A stretch of DNA of 64,000 nucleotides from an uncultured Rhizobium sp. (GTDB taxonomy: Bacteria > Bacteroidota > Bacteroidia > NS11-12g > UBA955), in NCBI GenBank assembly GCA_964645755.1, contig CAZYBT010000001.1, positions 25,307 to 89,306 of the forward strand. The letters run 5' to 3'. A program made the position numbers and the translations under genes. Positions 47,217 to 57,204 of this stretch are shown here, in pieces (position 1 is the first letter of the stretch; each line of letters starts with the position of its first letter). The notes beneath the pieces are model-generated. The model was not told the DNA's origin, did no database searches, and saw nothing but the letters and a program-made list of their open reading frames with translations.

Positions 47217-49052
47217 TTAAGCGATGAAATTTTTCGCCTTTTTAATGAATCTCTCTAAGGCTTCACCTTTCAATTGTTGTTTTTCTAACATTGCCAGATC
47301 AATACAAAATTGAATGGTGTCTTTTTGGTTTTCTTCAGATTGGTTAAGCACTTTTAATGCTAATTCATTGTTAGCATTGATAACCAACGATTGTTTTTTC
47401 AATCCCAAATCACCAAAAGGCATTGATTGACCCATTTTAGCATATTCATCCATTCTTCTTTCCCACTCGCTGCGGTGAATACTAATGAATTCTTGAGATG
47501 GGGGAAGGGATTCAATTTTGACATCAAATGCCAGTTCGTTAACAATTGATTTTACTGTATTTTGGATTGAATCAGACTGCTCCTGAGATAACACCGACTC
47601 AATTGTTACGTCTTTTTCAATAAGTTGGTCAATTGGGGCACCATCAACGCATCTAAATTTAACTTTCTCATATTTGCTTTCTGCAAATCCAGCAAAATGT
47701 ACATCAAGCGGACCATCTAAAATAACCACCTCGTAGCCCATGTCTTTTGCAGATTTTATACTCATATGTTGGGAATGGACATCTGTTGTATACAGCACAA
47801 CGGTTTCACCATGTTTATCTGTTTGGTTGATTTTACAATGCTCAATCCATTCTAGAATGGTTTGAAGCTTACCTTCAGTTGTTTTAACCAAACAAACATC
47901 CTTCATTCTCTCCGCGAACTTTTCGTCGCTCAACATTCCATATTTGGCAATTAAATCCAAATATTCCCACTTTGTTTCATAATCTGCGCGGTCGTTATTG
48001 TATAATTCTTGGAGTTTGTCGCTTACTTTCTTCGAAATATGTGCAGTGATTTTTTTCACATTTGAATCACTTTGAAGTGAACTTCTACTTACATTCAAAG
48101 GAATATCGGGAGAGTCAATTACCCCTTGTAGTAAAACCAAATACTCTGGTAAAACGTCTTTCACATCTTCCGTTACAAATACCTGGTTGCTATACAATTG
48201 AACCCGATCTCTTCTGTTGTCAAGTGCTTGGTTGACTTTTGGGAAAAACAAAACCCCAGTTAAGTTAAACGGATAATCGGTATTTATATGAATATGAAAT
48301 AACGGTGCTTCCTGCATTGGATAGAGTTCTTCATAAAACTTTTTGTAATCTTCAGCAGTTAATTCTGATGGCTTCTTTGTCCATATCGGATTGGGATTAT
48401 TCACTTGTTCACCATCAAATTCAATCGGAATTGGTAAGAAGCGACAATATTTCTTGAGAAGCTCTTTGATTTTCCAATTGGACAAATAGGTTTCAGCATC
48501 TTCATCGGTTAGGTGAAGAATAACGTCTGTTCCACGTTTTTTACGTTTTCCTTTATCGATGGTATAGGAAGTGGTGCCATCGCAATTCCATTCAACAGCT
48601 TCCGCACCTTTTTGAAAAGATTTAGTCACAATGGTTACGTTCTTTGAAACCATAAAAGCAGAATAAAATCCTAAACCAAAATGTCCAATCATTTGGTCTG
48701 GTTCTTTGTCTTTCCATTTTTCAACAAATTCTGTGGCCCCAGAAAATGCAAGTTGTGTGATATATTTTTCAACTTCATCTTCGGTCATACCAATACCATT
48801 GTCTGAAATGGTTATGGTTTTCTTTTTTTCATCTATGCTTACAGTAACTTTACAATCGTTGATATCGTCTTCAAACTCACCAACTCTGGATAGGGTTGAC
48901 AATTTTTTTGTTGCATCAACCGCATTACTCACCAATTCTCGTAAAAAGATTTCTTGATCTGTGTACAAGAATTTTTTAATGATTGGAAAAATGTTTTCTG
49001 ATTGTACTGAAATTTGTCCGGTTTTCATGTTTATCCCTAACGCAATCTTCAT
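47217..49052 (-). CDS. htpG: Molecular chaperone HtpG (Hsp90). The true start is probably the internal Met, about 8 codons downstream of the ORF start.
   Basis: …IFPIIKKFLYTDQEIFLRELVSNAVDA… (HATPase N-terminal signature)…GQFGLGFYSAFMV. Confidence 0.9.
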   Translation of the reverse strand: MKIALGINMKTGQISVQSENIFPIIKKFLYTDQEIFLRELVSNAVDATKKLSTLSRVGEFEDDINDCKVTVSIDEKKKTITISDNGIGMTEDEVEKYITQLAFSGATEFVEKWKDKEPDQMIGHFGLGFYSAFMVSKNVTIVTKSFQKGAEAVEWNCDGTTSYTIDKGKRKKRGTDVILHLTDEDAETYLSNWKIKELLKKYCRFLPIPIEFDGEQVNNPNPIWTKKPSELTAEDYKKFYEELYPMQEAPLFHIHINTDYPFNLTGVLFFPKVNQALDNRRDRVQLYSNQVFVTEDVKDVLPEYLVLLQGVIDSPDIPLNVSRSSLQSDSNVKKITAHISKKVSDKLQELYNNDRADYETKWEYLDLIAKYGMLSDEKFAERMKDVCLVKTTEGKLQTILEWIEHCKINQTDKHGETVVLYTTDVHSQHMSIKSAKDMGYEVVILDGPLDVHFAGFAESKYEKVKFRCVDGAPIDQLIEKDVTIESVLSQEQSDSIQNTVKSIVNELAFDVKIESLPPSQEFISIHRSEWERRMDEYAKMGQSMPFGDLGLKKQSLVINANNELALKVLNQSEENQKDTIQFCIDLAMLEKQQLKGEALERFIKKAKNFIA

Positions 49053-49143
49053 TCCATTCTCAGAAAAATGAAATTTTGTCAGTTAAATTGGGTTTCTCCT
49101 GAATATGTGACTGACAATTTGTATAAAATGCAAAACTTAAATA

Positions 49144-49662
49144 TTGTATTTTCCATTGTATTTTCGTATATTCATCAATATGTTTAAGCAATTGCAAGCA
49201 AAAGTATATTCAAAAGAAGCGGCAAGGCCAAAGCTTGAAAAATATTGCGCTTATCAAGAAAGAAGTCACAAACAAGTGTATGACAAGTGTAGGATGTTAG
49301 GGCTTTCAGAGGAGGAGGCTAATGAACTTTTGGTAGACTTAATTCGATCAAATTTTTTAAATGAAGAGAGATTTGCAAATGCCTATTTAAAAGGCAAGTT
49401 CAATATCAAGCAATGGGGGAAACAAAAAATAAATCAAGGGCTTAAATTGGCTGGGGTTCAACCTAAATTAATTCAAGAAAATCTTGATAAAATTGAAGAT
49501 GAAAAATATATTCAAACCATAGTAAAATTGGCCAACAAAAAGATGTCTACCATCAAAGGAGGTACCGAATTTGAGAGGAAAATTAAAGTAAAGCGATATT
49601 TATTGTCTAAGGGATATTCTGTGAATGAGATTCAGAGAGCTTTAAACCTCGAAGAAGTTTAA
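49144..49662 (+). CDS. recX: Regulatory protein RecX (start likely a few codons downstream).
   Basis: …KLEKYCAYQERSHKQVYDKCRMLGLSEEEANELLVDLIRSNFLNEERFANAYLKGKF…KINQGLKLAGV… is a typical RecX three-repeat helical pattern. Confidence 0.7.
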   Translation: MYFPLYFRIFINMFKQLQAKVYSKEAARPKLEKYCAYQERSHKQVYDKCRMLGLSEEEANELLVDLIRSNFLNEERFANAYLKGKFNIKQWGKQKINQGLKLAGVQPKLIQENLDKIEDEKYIQTIVKLANKKMSTIKGGTEFERKIKVKRYLLSKGYSVNEIQRALNLEEV

Positions 49663-50529
49663 TTATTTATGATTGTTGGAAGGATTCATTGACCATTCAT
49701 TCACTTTCATTAACACTTCGTAAGGTTCAAATACATTTTCTGATTTTTCAATTTTACCAGATAATTTTATCTCTCCTTTGAATCTGTGAATTTGGTTGTT
49801 GTTCGGATCAACTTGAATAAATGCAGTGATGGTTCCTTTTAAATCAACCAATTTAGTGGTTCCCATTACATTCACATAATCATTTACTTTTACGTCGCCT
49901 TTTACACCCAATCTACAAACTTCAACACCATATTCGTTCTTTTCCATTTTTTCAAATGTTAATTGAGTGGTTAACCTGCGGGTTAACGGAAAAGCGAATT
50001 GACTGTCTATCCAAATATCCCCAACATTGCGTGCTTTGTCGTTGTGTAAAAAGTAAGTACACTGAAAACTAGGTTCAATGATGTGTAGATTTCCATTTTC
50101 CATGGCATCCATGTAAATCTTTTTACCATCCCACTCTATAGACTCACCATTGTTGTTATAATTCGCTCTATAGGCATAAACCGTAAAATCTTCAATTGGG
50201 TTACCAAGGTCTTTAATCACGCCATCAGTCGATTTTATCCCAGATATTTCAGTAAAGGTAAATTCTATATGTTGTTTTCCTTTTTGATAATTTTCAGTAA
50301 CAGATTTATCTTGTCTATACCCCGGTTTTAGCACATATGCCTTACCAACAGAACGCATGTTTGTATAAACCTCCTTAGGAGTTGAGGCTGTTGTGGTATA
50401 GGTGGTTTTGATTCTTTGTTCTCTTTTAAATACCCCTTCTGGATAAAAGCCTGGCATTGGTTTCAGCTGTCCAAAACTGTTTAAAATGTTTCCTGTTAGA
50501 AGGATAATGAAGGTAAAAAGGTGTTTCAT
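49663..50529 (-). CDS. Secreted hypothetical protein (signal peptide, beta-rich). Paralog of the downstream gene.
   Basis: N-terminal signal peptide MKHLFTFIILLTGNILNSFGQ. Shares VGDxWxDS and C-terminal beta-rich regions with 50537-51340. Confidence 0.5.
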   Translation of the reverse strand: MKHLFTFIILLTGNILNSFGQLKPMPGFYPEGVFKREQRIKTTYTTTASTPKEVYTNMRSVGKAYVLKPGYRQDKSVTENYQKGKQHIEFTFTEISGIKSTDGVIKDLGNPIEDFTVYAYRANYNNNGESIEWDGKKIYMDAMENGNLHIIEPSFQCTYFLHNDKARNVGDIWIDSQFAFPLTRRLTTQLTFEKMEKNEYGVEVCRLGVKGDVKVNDYVNVMGTTKLVDLKGTITAFIQVDPNNNQIHRFKGEIKLSGKIEKSENVFEPYEVLMKVNEWSMNPSNNHK

Positions 50530-50536
50530 ACGTTAT

Positions 50537-51340
50537 TTAGTTTTTAATTAATTCGTCTTTAAAGGTTCCTTTGATTACAGTTGGAAATTCGTCGGTATTT
50601 ACAATCATGCGGCCCTCGAGCTTCATTTGTCCCTCCGATTTTACAATATAATTTGTCATAGGTTCAACATAAATTGTGCCAGAACTATTTCCAATTACAT
50701 TCGTTTGAAAAGAAACACCGTTTTGATCAAAATCATTGAGCATTTTGATGTCGCCCTGAAATGTCAGAACAAATAGGTTTCCTTCTTGTCTATCAAATTT
50801 GTATTGAATCACATAAGAATTTTGTTCATTTTCAACGTATGAACTGTCTGACCAGCTATCGCCAACTTTTTTAGAGGTAGTTACATTCAAAAAATGTGGG
50901 TTGGGTTTGCCTTTTTCGATTCTGCTCGTGATGGTTTGTTTTAATTGATTGAGCATTGCTTCGCTTGCGTTTACTGAATCAATAATACCGTGTTTATCAA
51001 CAAAAATAACAATTGGTTTATTGGCTTCGGGATTGTCTTTTATATCTTGTTTATTGCCCATGATTTCAACATATCCATCGTATTTTTTGTTAACGATTCG
51101 AATTTGTTGAGATGATGTGGGCTTTTCAATAATTTGTTCGTATTCCGAGGTAAAAACGGTATTCGTGAGCATGTCTTTGCCTTGAAAAAGAATTGTATTT
51201 TCTGTAGTTTGATGAGATTTACGAAGATTCTTTTTTGCCGAATAAAAGTTGTGCAAAGGCTCAATGGTTTGGGCGAAGATTTGTTCGCTGCCAAGTGTAA
51301 TCAATGCAAAAAAGACGATCAGTTTATTCATATGTAACAA
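50537..51340 (-). CDS. Secreted hypothetical protein, paralog of 49663-50529.
   Basis: Signal peptide MNKLIVFFALITLGSEQIFAQ. …KKVGDSWSDSSY…, compared with …RNVGDIWIDSQF… in the neighbour. Confidence 0.5.
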   Translation of the reverse strand: MLHMNKLIVFFALITLGSEQIFAQTIEPLHNFYSAKKNLRKSHQTTENTILFQGKDMLTNTVFTSEYEQIIEKPTSSQQIRIVNKKYDGYVEIMGNKQDIKDNPEANKPIVIFVDKHGIIDSVNASEAMLNQLKQTITSRIEKGKPNPHFLNVTTSKKVGDSWSDSSYVENEQNSYVIQYKFDRQEGNLFVLTFQGDIKMLNDFDQNGVSFQTNVIGNSSGTIYVEPMTNYIVKSEGQMKLEGRMIVNTDEFPTVIKGTFKDELIKN

Positions 51341-51409
51341 ATATAAAATATTGTGATTAAAAATTGCATTAAAATTGGTGGAATCACCACATTCTTCGTT
51401 GAATTGCAG

Positions 51410-52441
51410 TTATGGCATAAAAATCTGTTTATCCATATTTAACCATTCCAATGCTGAGGTTCCAAGGAGAATTTCTTGGGTTTTTAAATCAAATCCTGAA
51501 GTTTTAATTAATTCTCCCGGATTGTCTTCCCCCAAAGGAAAGGGATAGTCAGTGCCGAGGGTAACCCTATTGGCACCCACTAAATCAACAACAAATTGGA
51601 GCATTTTAGGGTCGTGTACCAAACTATCTAACCAAAACTGTCCTAAATATTTTTTAGGATTGTGGATGTTATCTACAGCAACCAAATCTGGACGGGCTTG
51701 CCAACCGTGTTCAATTCTTCCTATAGTAGCGGGGAAAGCACCTCCGCCATGAGCGAATGCAACCCTTAACTTGGGCAATCGTTCAAATATCCCTCCGAAA
51801 ATCATGCTACATATAGCAAGTGAGGTTTCTGCAGGCATTCCCACAAGCCAAGGCAGCCAATATTTGGGCATTTTGGTTTTTGCACTCCACCACCAGGGAT
51901 GAACAAAAAGCGCCATATCGAGATCTTGCATTGCTTCAAAAATTGGGAATAATGCGGGTTCGTTCAAATTCCAATCGTTTACATGTGAACCAATTTGAAT
52001 GCCTTTCAATCCAATCTCTTTACATCGTCTTAACTCTTTAATAGCCATTTCAGTATGCTGCATAGGTATGGTTCCAAGGCCTACAAATCTTTTTGGAAAT
52101 AAATGGCAAATTTCAGCGATGTGATCGTTCAGAAATTTAGAAATTTCAAGTGTATGTTTTGGCTCTGCCCAATAGCTAAACATCACCGGAATGGTGCTTA
52201 AAACCTGGACATCCACATGGTGATGTCCACACTCTTTTAAGCGCGCTTCTGCATCCCAACAATTGCTTTCGATTTCTCTGAAAAACTCTCCATCCATCAT
52301 CATGTTTGCGCAACACGGTTTGTGATGCTCCAATGTAATGAATTCTCCATACCCGAATTTTTCCTTCCATTGTGGTAAATTTTCTGGGATGATGTGGGTA
52401 TGAATATCTACGGTAAAGAAACGATTTTCAGCATGCAACAT
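51410..52441 (-). CDS. Amidohydrolase-2 family metal-dependent decarboxylase/hydrolase (ACMSD-like).
   Basis: VDIHTHIIP… N-terminal HxH. …HPWWW…, …AFAHGGGAFP… and …LGTDYPFPLG… are characteristic of aminocarboxymuconate-semialdehyde decarboxylase-like enzymes. Confidence 0.7.
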   Translation of the reverse strand: MLHAENRFFTVDIHTHIIPENLPQWKEKFGYGEFITLEHHKPCCANMMMDGEFFREIESNCWDAEARLKECGHHHVDVQVLSTIPVMFSYWAEPKHTLEISKFLNDHIAEICHLFPKRFVGLGTIPMQHTEMAIKELRRCKEIGLKGIQIGSHVNDWNLNEPALFPIFEAMQDLDMALFVHPWWWSAKTKMPKYWLPWLVGMPAETSLAICSMIFGGIFERLPKLRVAFAHGGGAFPATIGRIEHGWQARPDLVAVDNIHNPKKYLGQFWLDSLVHDPKMLQFVVDLVGANRVTLGTDYPFPLGEDNPGELIKTSGFDLKTQEILLGTSALEWLNMDKQIFMP

Positions 52442-52539
52442 GCTACAAAAATAGCCCCAATCACCATATGAAACGAATTATTTATTTGCACCGAATGAAA
52501 AAACAATGATAAAAATGTCCTTTTTTTGAAGGTTCATTT

Positions 52540-53841
52540 ATGTCTGATCGTAAAATTGATTTTTGGGGAGCAACGAGTATGGTGGTTGCCAATATGGTGG
52601 GAACAGGCGTGTTTACAAGCCTTGGTTATCAATTATTTGATATTCATTCTGGATTTTCAATCATCATGATTTGGGTTGTTGGGGGACTTTTGGCGTTGCT
52701 TGGGGCGTTCTGTTATGCTGAGATAGCAAGCCGATTACCCCAAGATGGCGGTGAGTTCTTTTTTCTTTCAAAAATTTACCACCCATCTTTGGGCTATATG
52801 GCGGGATTTGTGAGTTCTACAGTAGGCTTTGCCGCGCCTGTGGCAGGTGCAGCACTTGCATTGGGTGCTTATGTAAATGGGGTCTGGGGGGGACTCAATG
52901 AGAAATATATTGCGGCTACCGTTGTGGTGGCCATTTCACTCATCCATTTATACAGTATGAAGCTCGGATTGCTGTTTCAAAAAGTGTCGACCCTTGCGAA
53001 AGTATTGATTATTACTTTGTTTGTTATTTCAGGATTAATCATTGCACCCAATGATATTTCTTTTTTGCCTTTGGCGGGCTCTTGGGGAGAAATTTTCAAT
53101 GACTTTTCATTTACTCCGGCATTCGCAATAAGTTTGATTTTTGTATCTTTTGCTTACAGTGGATGGAATGCGAGTGCATACATTGCCGGTAGTATTCAAA
53201 ATCCTCAAAAAAACCTCTCCAGAAGTATTTTATTAGGTACCGCATTGGTCATTTTATTGTATGTGCTTTTAAATGCGGTATTTCTGATGTCGTCGCCGAT
53301 GGAAAACCTGGTAGGTAATAAAGAGGTAGGATTGATTGCTGCGAAGTCGCTTTTGGGAGAGTCTTTAGGAAATCTAATGGGAGCCATTATTAGTTTATTA
53401 TTGGTGTCTACAATTAGTTCGATGGTTTTTACTGGTCCAAGAGTGATGAAATCGATGTTTCAAGAAATCAAACAGTTGCGCATTATAAGTGTTGTCAGTG
53501 GCGATGGTACACCTCGAAACGCGATTTTGGTTCAGTGTTTATTGAGTTTAATATTCTTATTTACGCTTAATTTTGAATCGCTCATATATTACACATCATT
53601 TACATTGTCGTTGTTCACATTGCTCACCGTTTCTGGTCTTTTTGTTTTGAGGATAAAACATGGAAAGCCTGATGGTTACAAAGCATGGGGATACCCAATA
53701 TCTCCAATCCTTTTTGTGTTGATGACAGCAGGTGTGGCGTATTATTTTATCATTGATAAACCACTAGAAAGCTTGCTAGGATTAAGTACAGCGTTGTTGG
53801 GTTTTATTTTTTACTTTGTTTTTGCAAAAAGAGAAGGTTAA
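52540..53841 (+). CDS. APC-family amino-acid permease.
   Basis: …IDFWGATSMVVANMVGTGVFTSLG… consensus. 12 TM segments. Confidence 0.75.
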   Translation: MSDRKIDFWGATSMVVANMVGTGVFTSLGYQLFDIHSGFSIIMIWVVGGLLALLGAFCYAEIASRLPQDGGEFFFLSKIYHPSLGYMAGFVSSTVGFAAPVAGAALALGAYVNGVWGGLNEKYIAATVVVAISLIHLYSMKLGLLFQKVSTLAKVLIITLFVISGLIIAPNDISFLPLAGSWGEIFNDFSFTPAFAISLIFVSFAYSGWNASAYIAGSIQNPQKNLSRSILLGTALVILLYVLLNAVFLMSSPMENLVGNKEVGLIAAKSLLGESLGNLMGAIISLLLVSTISSMVFTGPRVMKSMFQEIKQLRIISVVSGDGTPRNAILVQCLLSLIFLFTLNFESLIYYTSFTLSLFTLLTVSGLFVLRIKHGKPDGYKAWGYPISPILFVLMTAGVAYYFIIDKPLESLLGLSTALLGFIFYFVFAKREG

Positions 53842-55199
53842 ATCTTTTGCACTTTTGCGGATTCAATTCTCAGTGTGAGAATAGCAGCGCAGAGTAGCAA
53901 ACACCCACCACACATAACACCATAAATTTGGTTGTTGTGTAGGATATTTTTCATAAAGTCTCCAAAGAAAAGGGCAGCAATAATTTCAGGAATAACAATG
54001 AAAAAATTAAAAATTCCCATGTAAACTCCAATTTTATTTTCGGGTAAACAACCACTGAGCATTGCATATGGCATTGAAAGAATGCTGGACCAGGCGATTC
54101 CAACCGCGGCCATAATTCCATAGAGCCCGAGCACACTATCTTTGTCGATGAATTGAATCGAAAGGAGCCCCATTCCACCTATAATTAGGCACATCATGTG
54201 AGTGAATTTATTGCCAATTTTAGCGGCAATGAAAGGAATGAGAAAAGCGAAGAGAAATGTGATAATGTTTTGGAATGAATAGGTAAGGCCAGCGAATTCA
54301 GTACCACGAGTGTACATCAATTTGGTTTGATCCACAATTGAAATCCAATCTTTTACTACAATTTGAGAGGAAGCATCGGCAGATCCACCATAAATGAAAT
54401 TACCTACAGCGGGTGTGTAATAGAACCACATTAAAAATAACCCGGGCCAAGTTAAAAATTGAACGAGTGCTAGTTGCTTCATTCTTTTTGGCATGTTAAA
54501 AATGGCTTGAGAAATTTCTTTAACACCTTCAACAATTCCGCCTTTTTTGTGTTTTAGGGCCTCAATTTCTTCTGGTGTTGGTGGATATTCTTTTGTGGTA
54601 AAAACAGTATAGAGTACAAATGTAATAAATGCGGCGGCTCCAATATAAAAACTGATTTTTACGTTATAAGGTATTTCACCGTTGGCAGCAACATTATTCA
54701 CATTGAACCAATGCGTTAAAATCCATGGTAACGAACTCGCCACTACACTTCCAAGTCCAATGAATAAACTTTGCATTGCAAAACCTTTAGTTCTTTGGTT
54801 TTCAGGTAACTTATCTGCAACAAATGCCCTAAAAGGTTCCATTGAAATATTGATAGAGGAATCTAAAATCCACAGCAAACCTGCGGCCATCCAAAGGCTT
54901 GGTGAATTTGGCATCAGGATTAGTGCAATTGAACTTAAAATAGCACCTACTAAAAAGTAAGGCCTTCTTCGCCCTAAAATAGGATGCCATGTTTTGTCGC
55001 TCAAATACCCAATGATAGGTTGTACCAAAAGTCCGGTCAGCGGAGCAGCCAGCCATAGAAATGGCAATTTATCTGGTTCTGCACCCAAATATTCATAGAT
55101 TGAACTCATGTTGGCCATTTGTAAGGCCCATCCAAATTGAATGCCCATGAAGCCAATGCTCATGTTTATGATTTGGGAAATCGACAAATTGGGTTTCAT
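53838..55199 (-). CDS. MFS transporter of the GPH/SLC45 sugar:cation symporter type.
   Basis: …GFMGIQFGWALQMANMSSIYEYLGA…PLTGLLVQPIIGYLSDKTWHPILGRRRPYFL… closely resembles the SLC45/sucrose-transporter-like N-terminus. Confidence 0.7.
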   Translation of the reverse strand: MKPNLSISQIINMSIGFMGIQFGWALQMANMSSIYEYLGAEPDKLPFLWLAAPLTGLLVQPIIGYLSDKTWHPILGRRRPYFLVGAILSSIALILMPNSPSLWMAAGLLWILDSSINISMEPFRAFVADKLPENQRTKGFAMQSLFIGLGSVVASSLPWILTHWFNVNNVAANGEIPYNVKISFYIGAAAFITFVLYTVFTTKEYPPTPEEIEALKHKKGGIVEGVKEISQAIFNMPKRMKQLALVQFLTWPGLFLMWFYYTPAVGNFIYGGSADASSQIVVKDWISIVDQTKLMYTRGTEFAGLTYSFQNIITFLFAFLIPFIAAKIGNKFTHMMCLIIGGMGLLSIQFIDKDSVLGLYGIMAAVGIAWSSILSMPYAMLSGCLPENKIGVYMGIFNFFIVIPEIIAALFFGDFMKNILHNNQIYGVMCGGCLLLCAAILTLRIESAKVQKI

Positions 55200-55206
55200 T
55201 TTTGAA

Positions 55207-56595
55207 TTAATTTTGAGTTGTGAATACTACAAAGCCAAATGAGGGAAGAATAAATTCACCATCTTTGATTTCGTATTTGCTGGAAACGTAAATATTTTTT
55301 TCGTTAGGTGTGTAATTTCCAATACTTTTAAATGATTGAGTGCCTTCTGAAAAGTTCGCAACAACCAAAACTGATTTACCATCTAAGGTTCTTTCAAAAG
55401 CCAACAATGACGACAAGTCTTCTGAGGTATTTAATTGAATAAATGTTGTAGGCGCACCATATGAGCCATTGGCCAACGCAGGTTGTGAGTGTTTCAGCGC
55501 GTTCATTTTTCTGTACCAACCATACAAACTTGTATCGCCCCATTGAATTGCATCCTTTTCAAAAAATTGCAAACGTTTTTTATTATTGGCTTCCTCACCG
55601 CTGTAAATCAATGGGAACGATTGAGGAAGTGTATAATTCAAAACACTAAAAAGCTGCCATTTATTGCCATATTTTTCATTTACAGTACCATTCCAAGAGT
55701 TTTCATCATGATTGGTTAAAAAGCTCATTCTATAGACGTCGGAAGGAGTTTCTTTATAGGTTTCTTGAATGTGTTTTTGGAGTTCTTTATATGTTTTTTT
55801 ACCTTGTGCAATTTCAGCCGACAATCCATGTAAGCTCCAATTGTAATTTGCATTGAATGCGTTTGTGTAAAATTCTTTTGGATTTGGATTGATGTCTTTT
55901 TGAGTTTCCATTTCAGCCAACATGAATACTGGTTTGATAGTTTGGAGTTCCTTTCGAGCCTGAGCCCAAAAGTCGGCAGGCACTAAGAATGCAACATCGC
56001 ATCTAAATCCATCAATGTCACATTCTGTAACCCAATATTTCATGGCTTCAATCATTTCTTTGCGCAAATCGGTATTCTTGTAATTCAATTTCGCAACATC
56101 AGACCAATCGTATTGTGTGATGATTTTCCCACTGCTGTCTTTTTCATAATATTCAGGGTGTTCAGTAATCCATTGATGATCCCAAGCAGTGTGATTGGCA
56201 ACCCAATCAATGATAACTTTTTGCCCCAATGAATGCGCTGTTTTTACCATGTTTTTGAAGTCAGTTAATGTTCCAAATTCAGGGTTAACGGTAACATAGT
56301 TTTTCACAGAGTAATAACTCCCAAGCGATCCTTTTCTATTTTTTACACCAATTGGATTAATGGGCATCATCCATAATATATCGGCACCAAGTTCTTTGAT
56401 TCTGGGTATGTCTTTGGTTACAGCATTGAATGTACCTTCTATTGAATGTTGACGAATGTTTACCTCGTAAATAACCGATTGCTTGCTCCATTCGGGAGCT
56501 GTTAAATTGGCATTTAATTTTTCATCGGTAGATTTACAACCAAATAAAGCAAAACATGTTAGTCCCGCTATGGCAAAATATTGAAATGGTTTCAT
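55207..56595 (-). CDS. GH13 alpha-amylase-family lipoprotein.
   Basis: Lipobox …FALFGCKS. GH13 motifs DWVANH, GFRCDVAF, LAEMET and FLTNHDE. Confidence 0.8.
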   Translation of the reverse strand: MKPFQYFAIAGLTCFALFGCKSTDEKLNANLTAPEWSKQSVIYEVNIRQHSIEGTFNAVTKDIPRIKELGADILWMMPINPIGVKNRKGSLGSYYSVKNYVTVNPEFGTLTDFKNMVKTAHSLGQKVIIDWVANHTAWDHQWITEHPEYYEKDSSGKIITQYDWSDVAKLNYKNTDLRKEMIEAMKYWVTECDIDGFRCDVAFLVPADFWAQARKELQTIKPVFMLAEMETQKDINPNPKEFYTNAFNANYNWSLHGLSAEIAQGKKTYKELQKHIQETYKETPSDVYRMSFLTNHDENSWNGTVNEKYGNKWQLFSVLNYTLPQSFPLIYSGEEANNKKRLQFFEKDAIQWGDTSLYGWYRKMNALKHSQPALANGSYGAPTTFIQLNTSEDLSSLLAFERTLDGKSVLVVANFSEGTQSFKSIGNYTPNEKNIYVSSKYEIKDGEFILPSFGFVVFTTQN

Positions 56596-56737
56596 GGTGT
56601 CAGTTTTACACTAAGTATTGTTTTGCAAGATAGCAATTTCAAAATATATCCCAAAAATTATTTGCAAATTCCGCAAAAAAAGAGCAGTATTCATTGGATT
56701 GAAATAATATGTAACGACTTGCCCGTATCTTTGCAAA

Positions 56738-57202
56738 GTGGAACTAAATCAACTTATCAAATCAGTTGAAGATGCCATTGTTGCAATGGGATTGTCAAAA
56801 GAAGAATCGATGGCCGATGAACAAGGGCAGTGGATTCTACTTAAAAATGAAATGCCAATATACATAGACGCATGGCAAGATCAAGAGTCGACACCTTGGA
56901 ATTATTTTATATTTGAATCAGATAGAACTGTTTTTCAAATTACTGTTCCATTTTGTTACGGACCAACCCTTAAGCGTTCTGAGTTTCTCGAAGAGTTATT
57001 GATTGTAAATTTGAATTTGCATTTGGGTAAATTTTCATACAATTCTCGCGACAATGTGGTGGTATTGAGTTATCGAATTCCAGGTACAGCTTTTCATGCA
57101 CAGAGTTTAGCGCCTACAATTGATGCACTCGCGTACTATGCTGAAATGGCATATCATGTGCTTAAAGATGAATTTAATCTTAGGAGGGTTGTAGAAGGAT
57201 AA
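56738..57202 (+). CDS. YbjN-like (putative sensory-transduction-regulator / T3SS-chaperone-like fold) cytoplasmic protein.
   Basis: 154 aa, acidic. …WILLKNEMPIYIDAW…FQITVPF… resembles the YbjN-domain pattern. Low-certainty family call. GTG start. Confidence 0.4.
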   Translation: MELNQLIKSVEDAIVAMGLSKEESMADEQGQWILLKNEMPIYIDAWQDQESTPWNYFIFESDRTVFQITVPFCYGPTLKRSEFLEELLIVNLNLHLGKFSYNSRDNVVVLSYRIPGTAFHAQSLAPTIDALAYYAEMAYHVLKDEFNLRRVVEG

Positions 57203-57204
57203 AA

